This document shows, piece after piece, positions 63,001 through 64,000 of a DNA stretch of 64,000 nucleotides (its first letter is position 1; each line of letters starts with the position of its first letter). The notes below the pieces were generated by a model that saw nothing but the letters and a program-made list of their open reading frames with translations, made no database searches and was not told the DNA's origin. Source of the stretch: Klebsormidium nitens (Eukaryota; Plantae; Klebsormidiophyceae). A program made the translations under genes and the position numbers. The stretch covers positions 124,001-188,000 of the forward strand of contig DF236978.1 of assembly GCA_000708835.1 (NCBI GenBank), read 5' to 3'.

Positions 63001-64000
63001 TAAAGACTTGGGGCGGGAAGGGGGTATGCTTGGCGAAGTGTTTGCCAAACCAGCGGATCGGGAACCCGTGCAGAAGACGCCTGGAAAGGCGGAGAACGGG
63101 GAAGAGGAGCAAAACGGTGGAGAACTAGAAGGAGAAAGAAAACAGGATGCCGACAAGGAAACGCAGGACGAAGAAGAGATCGAGAAAGAACAGGAGGGTA
63201 GAAATGGAATTGAGGGCAAAGAGAAGAGCCAGGACGAGAGTCAACGAGGGAAAGACGAGAGTGAGAAAGTCGAGGGAGAGGGGCTGGGGCCGAGGGACCA
63301 GGAGACGTTGCTGATGGAAGATGACGTCATTGGCACTGTTCCCGCTACGTATGCAGTCGGGACGCTCCTCATGGAGGAGCCTGAGGGTGGGGAGCTGGGT
63401 AGCCTGGAGGGGGGCTTGGGCACAGGCAAATCTGCCCCCCTGGCGCAGATCCCGGAGGAAGTGGAAGAGGGGGAGATCCGGGATGATGAGGAGGGAGGGA
63501 CAGCGGAGGGGCAAGAATTCACACAGCTGAACAACGGCGCGACGCAGGCGGTGGGAAAACTTCCTGAGGGCGAGAACGAGGAGGAAGTTGGGGGTGAGGA
63601 GAAGGAAACTGCAGAAGACGGGGCCGTGCAAAACGGAGAGCGTGCAGGGGGGTCGGAAGCGCAGGCTGATCAGACCCCCCGGAACGAAGCCCCTCGAGGT
63701 GGAAAGGACTCCCTGGAAAATGGGCAGCCCCCCGAAAGTTTTCAGATGTCTGAATATGCGGACGGTACTCCGAGGGGGGGCTCGGACGCCTTTGAGCTCA
63801 CGGGAAGCCGGCGGGTTTCTTTGGGGGATCCGCTGAAGGGGCTCCAAAACCGCAGGGAGAGCACAGGGGGGCGGCGGGAGAGCCTGCTTGAGAAGATGGA
63901 CTTGATAATGGACGCGGATTTCACGGACACGGAGAAAGGGGTCCCAGCCAGCCCCGCGGCCCAGGGCGCAACGCAGCTCCTTTCTAACAGCCAACGCGCC
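57035..64000 (+). CDS. FHA-domain coiled-coil protein (resembles Arabidopsis At2g45460 type), 3' end beyond the window
   Basis: Exons 57035-57166, 57777-58050, 58334-58477, 58866-58981, 59306-59443, 59848-59987, 60214-60415, 60794-61003, 61743-61838 and 62465 to beyond 64000 (open to the edge, so absent from the ORF track). FHA motifs LGR..SGKHC..DSSSNGTFING; also LDDMKRLQRSNE and RETQLRAFHST. Confidence 0.88.
61520..61605. repeat. Degenerate (TTGCTGCCGT)-like minisatellite in FHA-gene intron
   Basis: tttgctgccgtctgctgccgtttactgccgttgctgctgtttgctgccaatttgctgccgt read directly. Confidence 0.85.

Noticed and set aside
63125-63994. 289-aa minus-strand ORF
   Set aside because: Antisense shadow of the open plus-strand FHA exon.

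Overview
Eukaryotic, intron-rich, gene-dense nuclear DNA with GT-AG introns and GC3-rich exons. The gene set is plant-like; the style suggests a streptophyte alga such as Klebsormidium, which is an inference. I assembled ten spliced genes by hand, checking exon phases: SBP/SELENBP1-like (+, 5'-truncated), a Gfo/Idh/MocA oxidoreductase (+), an unrecognised TM/coiled-coil/TM protein (-), a B3GNTL1/QTGAL-like GT2 (+), a theta GST ending in SKL (-), a RUG3-like RCC1 protein (+), MCM6 (-), MYG1 (+), an LPCAT-type MBOAT (-) and an FHA/coiled-coil protein (+, 3'-truncated). The last eight genes alternate strictly as four head-to-head pairs. The most striking unexplained structure is a recurring set of 'exon-edge echoes': ~95-210 bp tandem duplications spanning a splice site plus the adjacent exon end, left as arrays of decoy acceptors or donors in SBP, MCM6 (4 junctions) and MYG1. 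Several MCM6 and MYG1 copies differ from the live exon mostly at synonymous positions. In the MBOAT gene a whole exon is duplicated into a likely mutually exclusive pair. I saw no tRNA, rRNA, CRISPR array or autonomous transposon.
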